A DNA stretch of 64,000 nucleotides from Myxococcales bacterium. Its GTDB lineage: Bacteria > Myxococcota_A > Bradymonadia > UBA7976 > UBA1532. A program made the translations under genes and the position numbers. The notes below the pieces were generated by a model. It had not been told where the DNA came from and searched no databases. It saw only the letters and a list, made by a program, of their open reading frames with translations. The DNA lies in the NCBI GenBank assembly GCA_020633435.1, contig JACKDP010000010.1, positions 184,154 through 248,153 on the forward strand. Direction: 5' to 3'. This document shows, piece after piece, positions 21,885-30,870 of this stretch; positions within the stretch are counted from its first letter, which is position 1, and the number at the start of each line of letters is the position of its first letter.

Positions 21885-22475
21885 TCAGGGGAAGGTGCCC
21901 TCGTCGCCGGGCTGGCCGTCAGGCGCGTCGAGGGTGCCCCCCGCGCCCCCGCGGGCGTTGCCGGGGGGCGCTGCCGGGGCGCCGTCGCCGCCGTCCCCGG
22001 GGCGTCCGCGCCAGGCTGGCCATCGCCGGCCCGATCGGCCCCCTGCGCCGCCCGTGGCCGCGGGCCCCTGCGTCGCGCCCGCGCCGCCGCCGCCGCCGCC
22101 GCCGCCCGGGCTGCCGCGGCCGTCGGCCACGATGCCCTGGCTCACCTCGATGGTCCGGGCCCCCTGGATGAGCGTCGAGGCGCCCTCCATCTCGGCCGTG
22201 CGCAGGGCCACGTCGGCCCCGTCGGCTTCGAGGCGGGGCGGAAGTTTCTCTGTAAATTCGAGGGTTTCTGTGCCGGCATCCCGTCGGGCGTCGGGCCGCT
22301 GGCCCCGGTCCTGGACCACGCCCTCGTCCACCGCGTCGACGAAGGCGCACACCCCGGGCTCGACGCAGATCTGGGCCCGGCCGCAGGGCTGACCCACCTG
22401 GGTGCAGGCCGAGAAGTCGTCGCCGGAGAAGCAGCCCCCCTGCACGAGCGCCGCCAGGATCAGCAGTCGCCTCAC
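21885..22475 (-). CDS. Cys/Gly-rich lipoprotein (N-terminal half of a glycine-rich beta-helix-like protein)
   Basis: GTG start at 22475 gives MRRLLILAALVQGGC|FSGDD (lipobox). It overlaps the upstream stop (GTGA at 22472-22475). It ends in 'IEVSQGIVADGRGSPGGGGGGGGAG...' before an in-frame TGA at 21885-21887. Confidence 0.6.
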   Translation of the reverse strand: MRRLLILAALVQGGCFSGDDFSACTQVGQPCGRAQICVEPGVCAFVDAVDEGVVQDRGQRPDARRDAGTETLEFTEKLPPRLEADGADVALRTAEMEGASTLIQGARTIEVSQGIVADGRGSPGGGGGGGGAGATQGPAATGGAGGRSGRRWPAWRGRPGDGGDGAPAAPPGNARGGAGGTLDAPDGQPGDEGTFP

Positions 22476-23353
22476 GGCTCGTCTCCGTCGAAGAGGTACC
22501 AGAACAGCACGCTGCTGGCGGCCACGACCGCCCCGCCGATCCACAGGCCATCGGCCAGGCGGGCCCGGCTCTCGGCCTCGGAGAGCTCGGTGGCGCAGCT
22601 CCCGGGGCAGCGCGCGAGGCGCTGGTCGTCGCGGATGTCGTCCAGCGTCTGCCGGTTGTCGACGCCGAGCCAGAGGCCCGTGCCCACGAGGGCCACGCCG
22701 GCGCCCGCGGCGGCCCAGGCGGGCCAGCGCAGGGCCTCGCCGCCCGGCGGGGGCGGCACCTCGGGGGGCAGCACCGACGGGGGCGCCTCGTCGGGCACGT
22801 CGGCGGGGGCCAGGGGCTCGCCCAGGACGACGCGCCAGTTCAGGGGGCCCTCCACCGTCAGGCGGCTCTCCCGCGGGGGGTGGCCGGGGGCCTCGACAAC
22901 GACGCGCAGCGGGCCGAGCGGCACGCGCTCCCCCGAGCGCAGGGGGCCGGCGAAGAGGGTGGGCTCGAGCACGACGACCTGGCCGCCAGCGGGCAGGTCG
23001 ACGAGCTCCACCGGCGCCGTGCAGGCCCGCTGGCCCTCCTGGCAGATGAGCTCGCGATCCACGGCGTCGACGCGCTCGTCCTCGTCGCAGTCGGTGTAGT
23101 GCCGGGCGGCGAGGGCGAAGCGGCGCTCTTGCTGGTAGAGCTGGCCCAGGCGCAGGTGCACGCGCCCGTAGCCGGCGAAGTCGCTCAGCAAGGCCTGCTC
23201 GTAGCGCGCGATGGCCGCCGCCGGGCCCGACGTGCGCAGCAGGGCCTCGGCCTCCCGGGCGAGCTGGTTGAAGCCGCGCAGCAGGTCCTCGGGCACGTCG
23301 TCGGCGCGCGCGGGCAGGGCGGCGAGCAGCAGGAAGGGCAACAGACGGCGCAT
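22472..23353 (-). CDS. Secreted/membrane protein with TPR-like N-domain, PEGA-like beta domain and two C-terminal TM helices
   Basis: 293-aa ORF. Signal peptide is 'MRRLLPFLLLAALPARA|DD'. PEGA-like stretch: 'VVVLEPTLFAGPLRSGERVPLGPLRVVVEAPGHPPRESRLTV'. Hydrophobic segments: 'WAAAGAGVALVGTGLWLGV' and 'LWIGGAVVAASSVLFWYLF'. Confidence 0.7.
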   Translation of the reverse strand: MRRLLPFLLLAALPARADDVPEDLLRGFNQLAREAEALLRTSGPAAAIARYEQALLSDFAGYGRVHLRLGQLYQQERRFALAARHYTDCDEDERVDAVDRELICQEGQRACTAPVELVDLPAGGQVVVLEPTLFAGPLRSGERVPLGPLRVVVEAPGHPPRESRLTVEGPLNWRVVLGEPLAPADVPDEAPPSVLPPEVPPPPGGEALRWPAWAAAGAGVALVGTGLWLGVDNRQTLDDIRDDQRLARCPGSCATELSEAESRARLADGLWIGGAVVAASSVLFWYLFDGDEP

Positions 23354-23384
23354 CGCGTCATCCTACGCGCCGCGGCCCCGAAAG

Positions 23385-25424
23385 TCAGCGGTCGAGACGC
23401 TGCTTGAGGGTCTCGACGCGGTTGCGCACGGCCTCGTACTCCAGGTGGTCGCGGCTGGCCCGCTCCAGGAAGCGCTGGTAGTGGTCGAGGGCGTCGGCGT
23501 AGCGGCGCTGCTTGAAGGCGTTGCGGCCCCGCCGCAAGAGCTGCTCCAGCTCGCGCTCGGCGGCGTTGGCCGTCGCCGGGGCGGCGGTGGCGGGGGCCGC
23601 CGGCGCCGCGGTGCGCGGGGCGGTGGGCTTGACCGGGGCCGTCGTGCGGGGCGGCGCCCGCGTCAGGGGCGGCGCGGCGGATGCCGGGGCGGCGTCGGGC
23701 GTCGCGTCGGCGGGCTCCGTCCCCACCGCCTCCACCACCACCGGCGGCGCGGCGTCCACCGTCGGCACCGCCCGGATGACGGTGGCGTCGGGCGGGGGCG
23801 CGGCGTCCACCGAGACGGGGGGCGGCGTGCTCGGCCGCTGGGTGAGCCAGACCACCGCCGCCGAGGCGAGGCCCGCCCCCAGGGCGAGCAGAATCAGCAA
23901 GGGATACGGGCGCTTGCGCGGCAACTGCAGCGGCGGGGGCGGCGGCTCGGGCTCGGGCCGGCCGCGCACCGAGGCCCGCAGGGCGGCCTCCACCGCGGGC
24001 TCCAGATCGGCGCCGGGATCGAAGTGCGGCGGCTCCGCGGGCGGGGCGGTGGTGTCGTCCATCGCCACCGCCTGGGCCAGCCCCGGCACCTCGCTGATCT
24101 GCGTCGTGACCGAGGCGTCCTCGAGGTCGTCGAGGGCCTCGCCGTGCAGCGGGTGGTCGAGGACGAGATCGAAGGAGTCGCGCCCCTCCGCCTCCATCGT
24201 CGCCACCTCGTCGCCCGGCCCCTCGTCGAAGACGTGGGTGGCCTCCAGATCGATGGAGCCGAGGACGTCGGCCTCCTGCGTGACGTCGGTGGCCACGGAG
24301 GGCACCCGCGCGCCCATGGGCATCGGCGTCAGCAGGCCCCCGAGGGAGTCCTGCAGGCGGTCCGCCCCCCGCGGCAGCACGAGGGCCGGCCAGGAGGTGC
24401 GCGACGCGGTGACGCCGAGGGCCACGGCGTCGAGCCGCTCCAGGAAGTCGGCGGCCGAGGCAGGCCGCTGCTCCGGATCGCGGTTCATCGTCGACAGGAC
24501 GAGCTCCGCCAGGCCCGGCCGCAGGCGGACGGGCGGGTGCACGTCGGCCAGGGGGATGGGGTCGCGGGTGCAGCAGTAGACGATGATCTGGGTGTTGGTG
24601 CCGTCGGGGTAGGGCGAGACGCCGGCCAGCATCTCGTAGAAGATCACCCCGAGGGCGTAGATGTCGACGCGGGCGTCCACCAGGCGCTTCTCGCCGTTGG
24701 CCAGGACGCCAGCCCCCGAGAGCACCCACGACGGCACCTGCTCGGGCGCGAGGTAGCCGGGCGTGCCGCGCAGGGCGAGGGGGTGGGTCGACGCGCGCCC
24801 GCCCGGGCCCGACAGGTCCTTCACCAGGCCGAGATCCACCAGCGTCAGCCGGCCATCCCCCCGCGGATCGAGGATGACGTTGGCCGGCTTGAGGTCCCGG
24901 TGCACCAGGCGCCGCTCGTGGAAGGCGTCGAGGGCCTCGGCGATGCGCCGCGCGATGCTGATGGCCTCCTCTTCGCCGAAGCGCCCACGCTGGCTGAGGA
25001 CGTGCAGCAGGGAGGGGCCGGGGACGTACTCCATCACCAGGAACGGCAGGTTGTCGTACTCGCCGAAGTCGGTGACGCGCACCACGGAGTCGTGGCGGAT
25101 GAGGGAGGCGACGCGGGCCTCCTTGATGAAGTCGCGCCGCGTCTCTTCCTTCTGCCGCTTGTCCTGATCGATCAGGGCGTCGATGTCGAGGAACTTCACG
25201 GCGAAGAGCTGGCCCAGGTGCATGTGCTGGGCGAGGTAGACCGTGCCCAGCCCGCCCTGCCCCAGCCCGCCGATCAGGTGGTAGCGGTCGCCGACGACGC
25301 GGCCGAGCAGGGGGTAGCGGCTCTTGGTCTGGTGCGCCTGCACCTCGGCCAGAGGGGCCCCGTCGCGCACGCAGTGATCGGCGCGCTCCGGGTAGGTGCT
25401 ACGGCATTCCGGGCAGATCCACAC
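23385..25424 (-). CDS. Ser/Thr protein kinase with N-terminal zinc-ribbon and C-terminal TM/TPR-like tail
   Basis: 679-aa ORF with GTG start. Motifs: 'CPECRS...HCVRDG' (zinc ribbon), 'GQGGLGTVYLA', 'AVKFL', 'HRDLKPANVIL', 'DLGLVKD', 'GTPGYLAPE'. A later TM segment is 'YPLLILLALGAGLASAAVVWL'. Confidence 0.9.
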   Translation of the reverse strand: MWICPECRSTYPERADHCVRDGAPLAEVQAHQTKSRYPLLGRVVGDRYHLIGGLGQGGLGTVYLAQHMHLGQLFAVKFLDIDALIDQDKRQKEETRRDFIKEARVASLIRHDSVVRVTDFGEYDNLPFLVMEYVPGPSLLHVLSQRGRFGEEEAISIARRIAEALDAFHERRLVHRDLKPANVILDPRGDGRLTLVDLGLVKDLSGPGGRASTHPLALRGTPGYLAPEQVPSWVLSGAGVLANGEKRLVDARVDIYALGVIFYEMLAGVSPYPDGTNTQIIVYCCTRDPIPLADVHPPVRLRPGLAELVLSTMNRDPEQRPASAADFLERLDAVALGVTASRTSWPALVLPRGADRLQDSLGGLLTPMPMGARVPSVATDVTQEADVLGSIDLEATHVFDEGPGDEVATMEAEGRDSFDLVLDHPLHGEALDDLEDASVTTQISEVPGLAQAVAMDDTTAPPAEPPHFDPGADLEPAVEAALRASVRGRPEPEPPPPPLQLPRKRPYPLLILLALGAGLASAAVVWLTQRPSTPPPVSVDAAPPPDATVIRAVPTVDAAPPVVVEAVGTEPADATPDAAPASAAPPLTRAPPRTTAPVKPTAPRTAAPAAPATAAPATANAAERELEQLLRRGRNAFKQRRYADALDHYQRFLERASRDHLEYEAVRNRVETLKQRLDR

Positions 25425-25540
25425 CGGCGGAGCATACCGGGCCGGCGCGGCGAAGGGGAGGGGGTGTGTTCACGGGGCGTGTCGGCCCGGTGACGCCCGG
25501 GGTGGGCGCCGCCAAGTGGCCGGACTTCAACGGGTTTATG

Positions 25541-26908
25541 TCAGGCCCGCAGCAGGGCCGGCACCGGCGGGACGCGCAGGTCGGGGGCGTCACCCAGGCC
25601 GACCTCCTCCAGCAGCGTGCGCAGGATGTGCTCCGGGCGGATGATCTCGCCCTCCGCCGAGGCCTGGCCGGTGCGCAGGTCCACCTTCTCGGGGTTGAGG
25701 CCCGTGTCGGAGGAGCGGCCGATGATCTGGCCACCGCGCACGCCGCCGCCGCCGATGAAGCAGGCGTTGGTGAGGCTGTGGTCGCGGCCGCCGCGGTCGT
25801 TGAGCAGGGCGGTGCGGCTGAACTCCGAGAAGCCGATGACGACGGTGTGGTCGAGCCAGCTCGAGCCGGTGCCGCGGTACTCGGCGGCGGCCAGCCGCTC
25901 CATGAGCCGGCTCACGGCGTTGAAGCCGCGCTCCTGGCGGGGGCCCTGCTCGCGCTCCCACTCGTCGAAGTGGGTGTCGAGGCCCTGGGCCACCTCGATG
26001 CTCGCGCAGCGGCTCACGCCCCCCATGATCGCCTGGGCGGCGAAGGCGGCCTGGACCTCCGGGGAGGTGTCGGTGCGCGCGAAGCCGAAGTGGTCGCGCA
26101 GCTCGGCCATCTCGGGGGTGCGGGCGTCGAAGTCGAAGAGGCCGTCGAGGGCCGAGCCCACCATGTCGGCGGCCTTGAGGCGCGACTGCTCGGCCGCCCG
26201 CCGGAAGGCCGAGGCCCGGGCCGGGGGGCAGTCGGCGTGGTCGCGCAGGTGCGCCCCCACCTGGCGCGCGGCGGCGCCGGGCAGCAGGGGCTCCTGGGGC
26301 CGGAGGGCCCGCAGCAGGTCGGGCACCGAGTTGACCCGCAGCGCCGTGGCGAAGGCGGGCTGGTCCTTGTTGTACGACTCGACCTGCAGGGACAGGTTGG
26401 GGATGGGCTCGCGCTCCCCCAGGTGCGAGGCCAGCCAGACCGCGCCGCTGGACCCGCGGGCCTGCAGTCCGGCGGGGGGCTTGCCCGTCAGGAAGCGGCG
26501 GCGCCCCACCTCATGGGTGAGGGTGTCCATGCTCATGCCGCGGATGACGGAGACGCGCCCGGCGTCGAACTGGCGGCGCAGGTCGCCGATGTGCGGCCCG
26601 AAGAGGGTGCCGTCGGCGGCCTCCCGCAGCAGGCCGTCGCCGCTCTGCAGCAGCTCGTAGCCCGGCTGGATGCGGGTCACGCGGTAGTTGGTGTTGTTGA
26701 AGAGGCGGGGATCGCGGGGATCGAGGCCCAGCATGATGTCCCAGCCGCCGTTGAAGTAGCAGAAGACGTAGTAGCGATCCGGGGCGTCGGGGTTCGCCTG
26801 GGCGCTCGCGAGCCGCGAGAGCGCGCCGAAGCCCGCCGCGCCCAGGGCGGCCGCTCCCCCCAAGACTGCGGAACCCTTGAGGAATCCCCGTCGACTGATG
26901 CGGTCCAT
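25541..26908 (-). CDS. DUF1501-type (sulfatase-fold) protein with twin-arginine signal
   Basis: 455-aa ORF. Tat signal is 'MDRISRRGFLKGSAVLGGAAALGA'. Motifs: 'FNGGWDIMLGLDPRDP', 'EFSRTALLNDRGGRDHS'. 'GGAG' lies 12 nt upstream of the start. Confidence 0.85.
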   Translation of the reverse strand: MDRISRRGFLKGSAVLGGAAALGAAGFGALSRLASAQANPDAPDRYYVFCYFNGGWDIMLGLDPRDPRLFNNTNYRVTRIQPGYELLQSGDGLLREAADGTLFGPHIGDLRRQFDAGRVSVIRGMSMDTLTHEVGRRRFLTGKPPAGLQARGSSGAVWLASHLGEREPIPNLSLQVESYNKDQPAFATALRVNSVPDLLRALRPQEPLLPGAAARQVGAHLRDHADCPPARASAFRRAAEQSRLKAADMVGSALDGLFDFDARTPEMAELRDHFGFARTDTSPEVQAAFAAQAIMGGVSRCASIEVAQGLDTHFDEWEREQGPRQERGFNAVSRLMERLAAAEYRGTGSSWLDHTVVIGFSEFSRTALLNDRGGRDHSLTNACFIGGGGVRGGQIIGRSSDTGLNPEKVDLRTGQASAEGEIIRPEHILRTLLEEVGLGDAPDLRVPPVPALLRA

Positions 26909-26920
26909 CGGCGATGCTCC

Positions 26921-27640
26921 TCAGTAGCTGTAGAAGTCGGGGTGGGTGTAGAGGGCGACGCACACGCTCTGCCAGCTCACGACCGGATCCCCCGTCACGA
27001 AGTCCACCGACGCGCGCAGCCAGCGCCACGTGGCGAGGCTCCCGGCGTCGAGGGTGTGGCCGTGGAAGCGGCGGACGAGGCGCTGGAGGTTGGCGTCGAT
27101 GGCGGCGTCGTCGTCGGTGCCGTCGGCCTGGACGCCGCGCAGCAGCACGCGCTCGTCGTCGGCCCGCTCGAAGTCGGCCTCCACGATGCGGCCGCAGACG
27201 GAGCGGGCGGCGTCGTCGAGGAACTTCAAGAACAGCGCGGACGGCTCCAGATCCTCGGTGGTGACCTGGAAGTAGTCGGGCCGGCCGAGGGTGGCGGCCA
27301 GCTCGTCAAAGAGGTCCACCTCGGTGTTGCCGCGCGTCTCCATCCAGCCCGTGCCGCCGCTCGCCTGGAGGACGGCGGCCTTGAGCTGGTCGAGATCCAT
27401 GCGGCGGCGCGGGCGGGCGGTGACCTCGGCGGCCGGGCGCAGATCGGTGGCCACGGGCTCGCCGACCTCGACGGGGCGCGTGGGGGGCGGATCCCGCTCG
27501 ATCACCGCGCGGCCGGGCAGGGCGCCGCGGGGCGCGGGCGCCGCAGCGCCGGAGGGGGCGCCGGGAGGGGCGTCGGGGGTGGCCCCGGGATCACAGGCCG
27601 TCAGGGCGAGCAGGCCCGCCAGGGCGAGGCGCGTCTTCAT
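26921..27640 (-). CDS. Lipoprotein of unknown function (operon partner of the DUF1549/1553-like and DUF1501 genes)
   Basis: Start re-set to ATG 27640 (MKTRLALAGLLALTAC|DPG lipobox), giving 239 aa. The start shares one nucleotide with the upstream stop (TGATG). Confidence 0.65.
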   Translation of the reverse strand: MKTRLALAGLLALTACDPGATPDAPPGAPSGAAAPAPRGALPGRAVIERDPPPTRPVEVGEPVATDLRPAAEVTARPRRRMDLDQLKAAVLQASGGTGWMETRGNTEVDLFDELAATLGRPDYFQVTTEDLEPSALFLKFLDDAARSVCGRIVEADFERADDERVLLRGVQADGTDDDAAIDANLQRLVRRFHGHTLDAGSLATWRWLRASVDFVTGDPVVSWQSVCVALYTHPDFYSY

Positions 27641-29193
27641 CAGCGGACCCTCCGGTAGCGGGGGCTCTGGACGATGGCCCGGACCAGGTCGCGGTAGTGG
27701 TAGCCGCCGGCCACGAACTCGCGGGTCAGGCCCGCCAGCCAGTCGGCGTCCCCCTCGTCGGGGGTGCGGCCCAGCAGCCACTCGGCGGTGCGCCGGGCGA
27801 CGCAGGCCGGCAGGCGGTTGCTGGCCACCTCCGTCAGCGCGAGCAGCCGGGGCCCGGCCTCGACGTTGCGCTCATGCTCGGGGCGGCGGAACGAGTAGGC
27901 CTTCAGCTTGCCCAGGTAGGGCTCCTCCTGGGGCGACAGCGTCTCCGTCAGGTAGAAGCGGCGGCACTCCGTGGAGCACTGCTGGCCGCGCAGCGCGCAG
28001 ACCTCGCAGTCCTCGCGGGTGGGCGGGAAGCTCGCGGCGCTCAGGTAGCCCATGCCCTGCTCCGTCCAGCGGCCCCAGTGGGAGGCCGACGGCTCCAGCA
28101 GCGCGTGGCAGTAGGCGCAGCCGCTGCGCTGCTGCAGATCGGGGTTCGTCACGTCGGCGTCGACCCCCTCCAGGCCCGCGTCGGGCGGGGTGAAGGGCGA
28201 GCACAGGAAGGCATCGTGGAAGCGGTTGGCCCGCGAGCGGTTCGTCTGGAACCGCAGCAGCCAGGCGGGCCGCGTCAGGATGCCGGCGTGGGCCTCGGGC
28301 AGGGTGACCTCGACCCAGGTGTCCTCGTCGGTGAAGGCCAGATCGGGCAGCCGATCCTTGTCCATGGGCAGGGGCTCGATCTGGAACCGGCTCATGGTGC
28401 TCTGGTGGCGATAGAAGTAGGCGAGGGGCCCGTTGATGAAGGCCCGCCGGGTGGTGAAGAGGTCCGTATAGGGGCGATTTTCCTCGAAGATCGCCTGGAG
28501 CAGCTTCTCCATGGCCGTGGTCATGGCCCGGTTGACGGCCAGGTGCGTCAGGCCGACGGTGCACCAGCGCAGGTCGGGGCCGCAGCCGCAGCCGGCGTCC
28601 TGGAAGCCGGCGGTGGTGGCGCAGTCGGTGCCCTCCACCGAGGCGGCCTCGGCCTGGGCGTCGAAGGCGCAGACGCGGATGGGCGCGTCGGGGGCCCAGT
28701 ACGGCGCCACCTCCACGTAGCCCTCGACGCGGGCGCCGTCCACGAGCCGCGTGAGGATGGCGCCATCCTCGCCGAAGCGGGCGGGGGCGTTCTCGCAGGG
28801 CACGATGTCGCCGCGGTACATGCGCGCCAGGTTGCGCCGCCAGTACCGCCCGCCCACCGCCTGCAGCGAGGCGTTGACCTGGAGCAGCCGCAGGCTCTCG
28901 AGGTTGGGCCAGAGCAGGGCGCGGTGGCGGCGCACGACGCGCTGGGCGAACTCGGGGCCCGAGAGCCAGGCGTCCAGCACCGCGTCCGGCAGGTCCTCGG
29001 CCTCCGCGATGGCCGCCAGCTCCTCCTCCGAGGGCAGGCGCCCGCGCAGATCGAGGCTGAGGGCCCGGGCGAGTCGATCCCGATCCAGCACCGGCTCGTC
29101 GGGGGCGCAGCGCAGCGCCTCCGACGGGGTCTGGGCGAAGGCGGTGGCGCTCAGCAGCGCCACCAGGACGAGAGACAGTCCTCTCAAGGCCAC
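27640..29193 (-). CDS. DUF1549/DUF1553-like (PSD1-type) secreted protein
   Basis: GTG 29193 gives M/VALRGLSLVLVALLSATAFA|QTP, 517 aa. The N-terminal 'LARALSLDLRGRLPSEEELAAI...PEFAQRVVRRHRALLWP' resembles DUF1549. The C-terminal 'AEWLLGR...WLAGLTREFVAGGYHYRDLVRAIVQSPRYR' resembles DUF1553. The listed 758-aa ORF is over-extended. Confidence 0.75.
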   Translation of the reverse strand: MALRGLSLVLVALLSATAFAQTPSEALRCAPDEPVLDRDRLARALSLDLRGRLPSEEELAAIAEAEDLPDAVLDAWLSGPEFAQRVVRRHRALLWPNLESLRLLQVNASLQAVGGRYWRRNLARMYRGDIVPCENAPARFGEDGAILTRLVDGARVEGYVEVAPYWAPDAPIRVCAFDAQAEAASVEGTDCATTAGFQDAGCGCGPDLRWCTVGLTHLAVNRAMTTAMEKLLQAIFEENRPYTDLFTTRRAFINGPLAYFYRHQSTMSRFQIEPLPMDKDRLPDLAFTDEDTWVEVTLPEAHAGILTRPAWLLRFQTNRSRANRFHDAFLCSPFTPPDAGLEGVDADVTNPDLQQRSGCAYCHALLEPSASHWGRWTEQGMGYLSAASFPPTREDCEVCALRGQQCSTECRRFYLTETLSPQEEPYLGKLKAYSFRRPEHERNVEAGPRLLALTEVASNRLPACVARRTAEWLLGRTPDEGDADWLAGLTREFVAGGYHYRDLVRAIVQSPRYRRVR

Positions 29194-30743
29194 TCCTCCG
29201 GCATGTCGGCCGCCCGCCAGGCGTCCAGCAGCTCCACCTCGGCGGCCGTGAGGGGCGCGCGCCCCAGGGGCATGCGGCCCGTCCGCACGGCGTCGAGGAT
29301 GCGATCGATGAGGGGGCGCCACTGGTCGCTCTGGTAGAGCGGGCGCGCGGCGGCGCCCTGCCCGTGGCACATGCCGCACTGGCGCACGGCGATGGGGTGG
29401 ACGTCCTCGGCCCAGGTGGTGACCTGGCTCTGGAAGCGCGCCTCGGCCCGGGCCTGCACGCCGTCGTCCCAGGTGACGACCACCGCGAGGGTGTGGGCGC
29501 CGCGGCCGAGGTCGAAGGGCGAGAGCGCCACGCGCCAGGGGGCGGCGCCGGTGACTTCCACGGGGGCGTCGTCCACCGTCACGGCCACCGCCGTCACGCG
29601 CTCGGGCAGCGAGGGCCGCACCACGGCCTCGCCGTCGCGCAGCAGGGGCGCGGTGGGGGCGTCGACGCTCACGAGGCGGCCCAGGGGCACGCGCCAGAGG
29701 CCGCCGGGCCCCGCCACCAGCGCGCCGCCGTCGGCGTCCACCGCCAGGGCGTCGCCGGTGGGGGCGTCCAGGTAGCGGCGCAGGCGGTGGTCGCGCAGGT
29801 GCCAGAGCTGATCCGGGGTGCGCAGCCAGACGCCGGGGGTGGCCGGGCCGGCCGCGGCGTCCACGGGGGCGAAGGGCAGGGCCACGGGCGTCCACCACAG
29901 GTCGTCGCCGAGCCACCAGAGCGTCTCGTCCACCACGGCCCAGGCGTCCCCGGCGCCATCCACCGCCACGCCGGCGCCGGCGGGCAGGCCGCCGGTGGTC
30001 AGCGCGACGAGCGGATCGCCGGCCAGGCGGTAGGTGGCGTCCCCGGCCCCGACCCAGAGGCCGTCGCCGTCGACGGCGAGCGTGGCGTCCCCGGCGGGCA
30101 GGCCCGCGGGCCGGACCGGCCGCAAGTCACCGGCCTGCCAAAGAAAAAGTCCGTCCGTGGTGGCGAGCCACAGGGCATCCCCCACGGCCGCCACGTCGAC
30201 GACGGGGGGCAGGTGGTCGCCCAGGGGGGAGGCGAGCAGGGCGGCGTCCACCTGCACGTAGACCTCGCCGCCGGCCGCCACGACCAGGGTGTCCTCGACC
30301 CGGGCCGCGCCGGTGAGGCCCGCCGCGTCGCCCGCGAGGGGCTGGTCGCCCACGAAGAGGCCGTCGGCGCGCTCCGTGACGACGTCGCGCCCGGCGACGA
30401 CGAGGGCCTGCACGGCCGAGCGGCTCAGGGCCTCGGGCGTGGCGGGCACGGGCTCGTCTTCGACGATGGGCGTGGGGCCGGCGTCCGGAGCGGCGGCGTC
30501 GGGCGGGAGATCCGCGGCGTCGGCGGGCGGCTCGGCGGCGTCGGCCGGCGGGGGCGCGGCGTCGCCCAGGTCGCCCGTGTCGCCGGGCGGGGGGGCGCCG
30601 TCGTCGACCGCCGGCGCGGCGTCGGGCGCCACCACCTCGCCGTCGATGGCCGCGTCCGCCATGGGGTCGGGCGTGGGCCCCTCATCGGCCCCGGCGCACG
30701 CGAGCAGCGCCAGGAAGGGCAACATGATCAACAGCCTGGCCAT
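29184..30743 (-). CDS. Lipoprotein with beta-propeller-like repeats and a C-terminal CxxCH (planctomycete-cytochrome-like) domain
   Basis: ATG 30743 gives MARLLIMLPFLALLAC|AGADEG. Repeats have the form 'GD.LW..T..GL' / 'DG.GLWVG'. The C-terminus 'VHPIAVRQCGMCHGQGAAARPL...GRMPLGRAPLTAAEVELLDAWRAA' carries CGMCH at 29364-29378. Confidence 0.75.
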   Translation of the reverse strand: MARLLIMLPFLALLACAGADEGPTPDPMADAAIDGEVVAPDAAPAVDDGAPPPGDTGDLGDAAPPPADAAEPPADAADLPPDAAAPDAGPTPIVEDEPVPATPEALSRSAVQALVVAGRDVVTERADGLFVGDQPLAGDAAGLTGAARVEDTLVVAAGGEVYVQVDAALLASPLGDHLPPVVDVAAVGDALWLATTDGLFLWQAGDLRPVRPAGLPAGDATLAVDGDGLWVGAGDATYRLAGDPLVALTTGGLPAGAGVAVDGAGDAWAVVDETLWWLGDDLWWTPVALPFAPVDAAAGPATPGVWLRTPDQLWHLRDHRLRRYLDAPTGDALAVDADGGALVAGPGGLWRVPLGRLVSVDAPTAPLLRDGEAVVRPSLPERVTAVAVTVDDAPVEVTGAAPWRVALSPFDLGRGAHTLAVVVTWDDGVQARAEARFQSQVTTWAEDVHPIAVRQCGMCHGQGAAARPLYQSDQWRPLIDRILDAVRTGRMPLGRAPLTAAEVELLDAWRAADMPEEWP

Positions 30744-30870
30744 GGGAGACCTCCTCCACCTCGCAGGGTGGCAAGGCCGGGGGGGTGGGCGCAATCCCGA
30801 CATTGCCTGGGGCCGCGCCACCCCCTAAGGTGCGCGCCGCGCCCGGGGAGTGGCGCCACGGAGGAGCGGC

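Noticed and set aside
21885-21887. In-frame TGA as a selenocysteine codon
   Set aside because: Only a weak bulged 6-bp hairpin follows ('gctgcgacaacgtcagc'). The downstream ~90 nt do not read as protein in that frame. A Gly-rich lipoprotein is an implausible selenoprotein. Frame scrambling explains the stop better.
29194-29916. N-terminal extensions of ORF 27640..29916 and, similarly, of ORFs 34360..36255, 35703..37571, 48483..51899, 29184..30821 and 54250..56517
   Set aside because: The extensions are Arg/Pro/Gly-rich and overlap the 3' ends of upstream genes. Internal starts give canonical signal peptides or lipoboxes and start/stop coupling.
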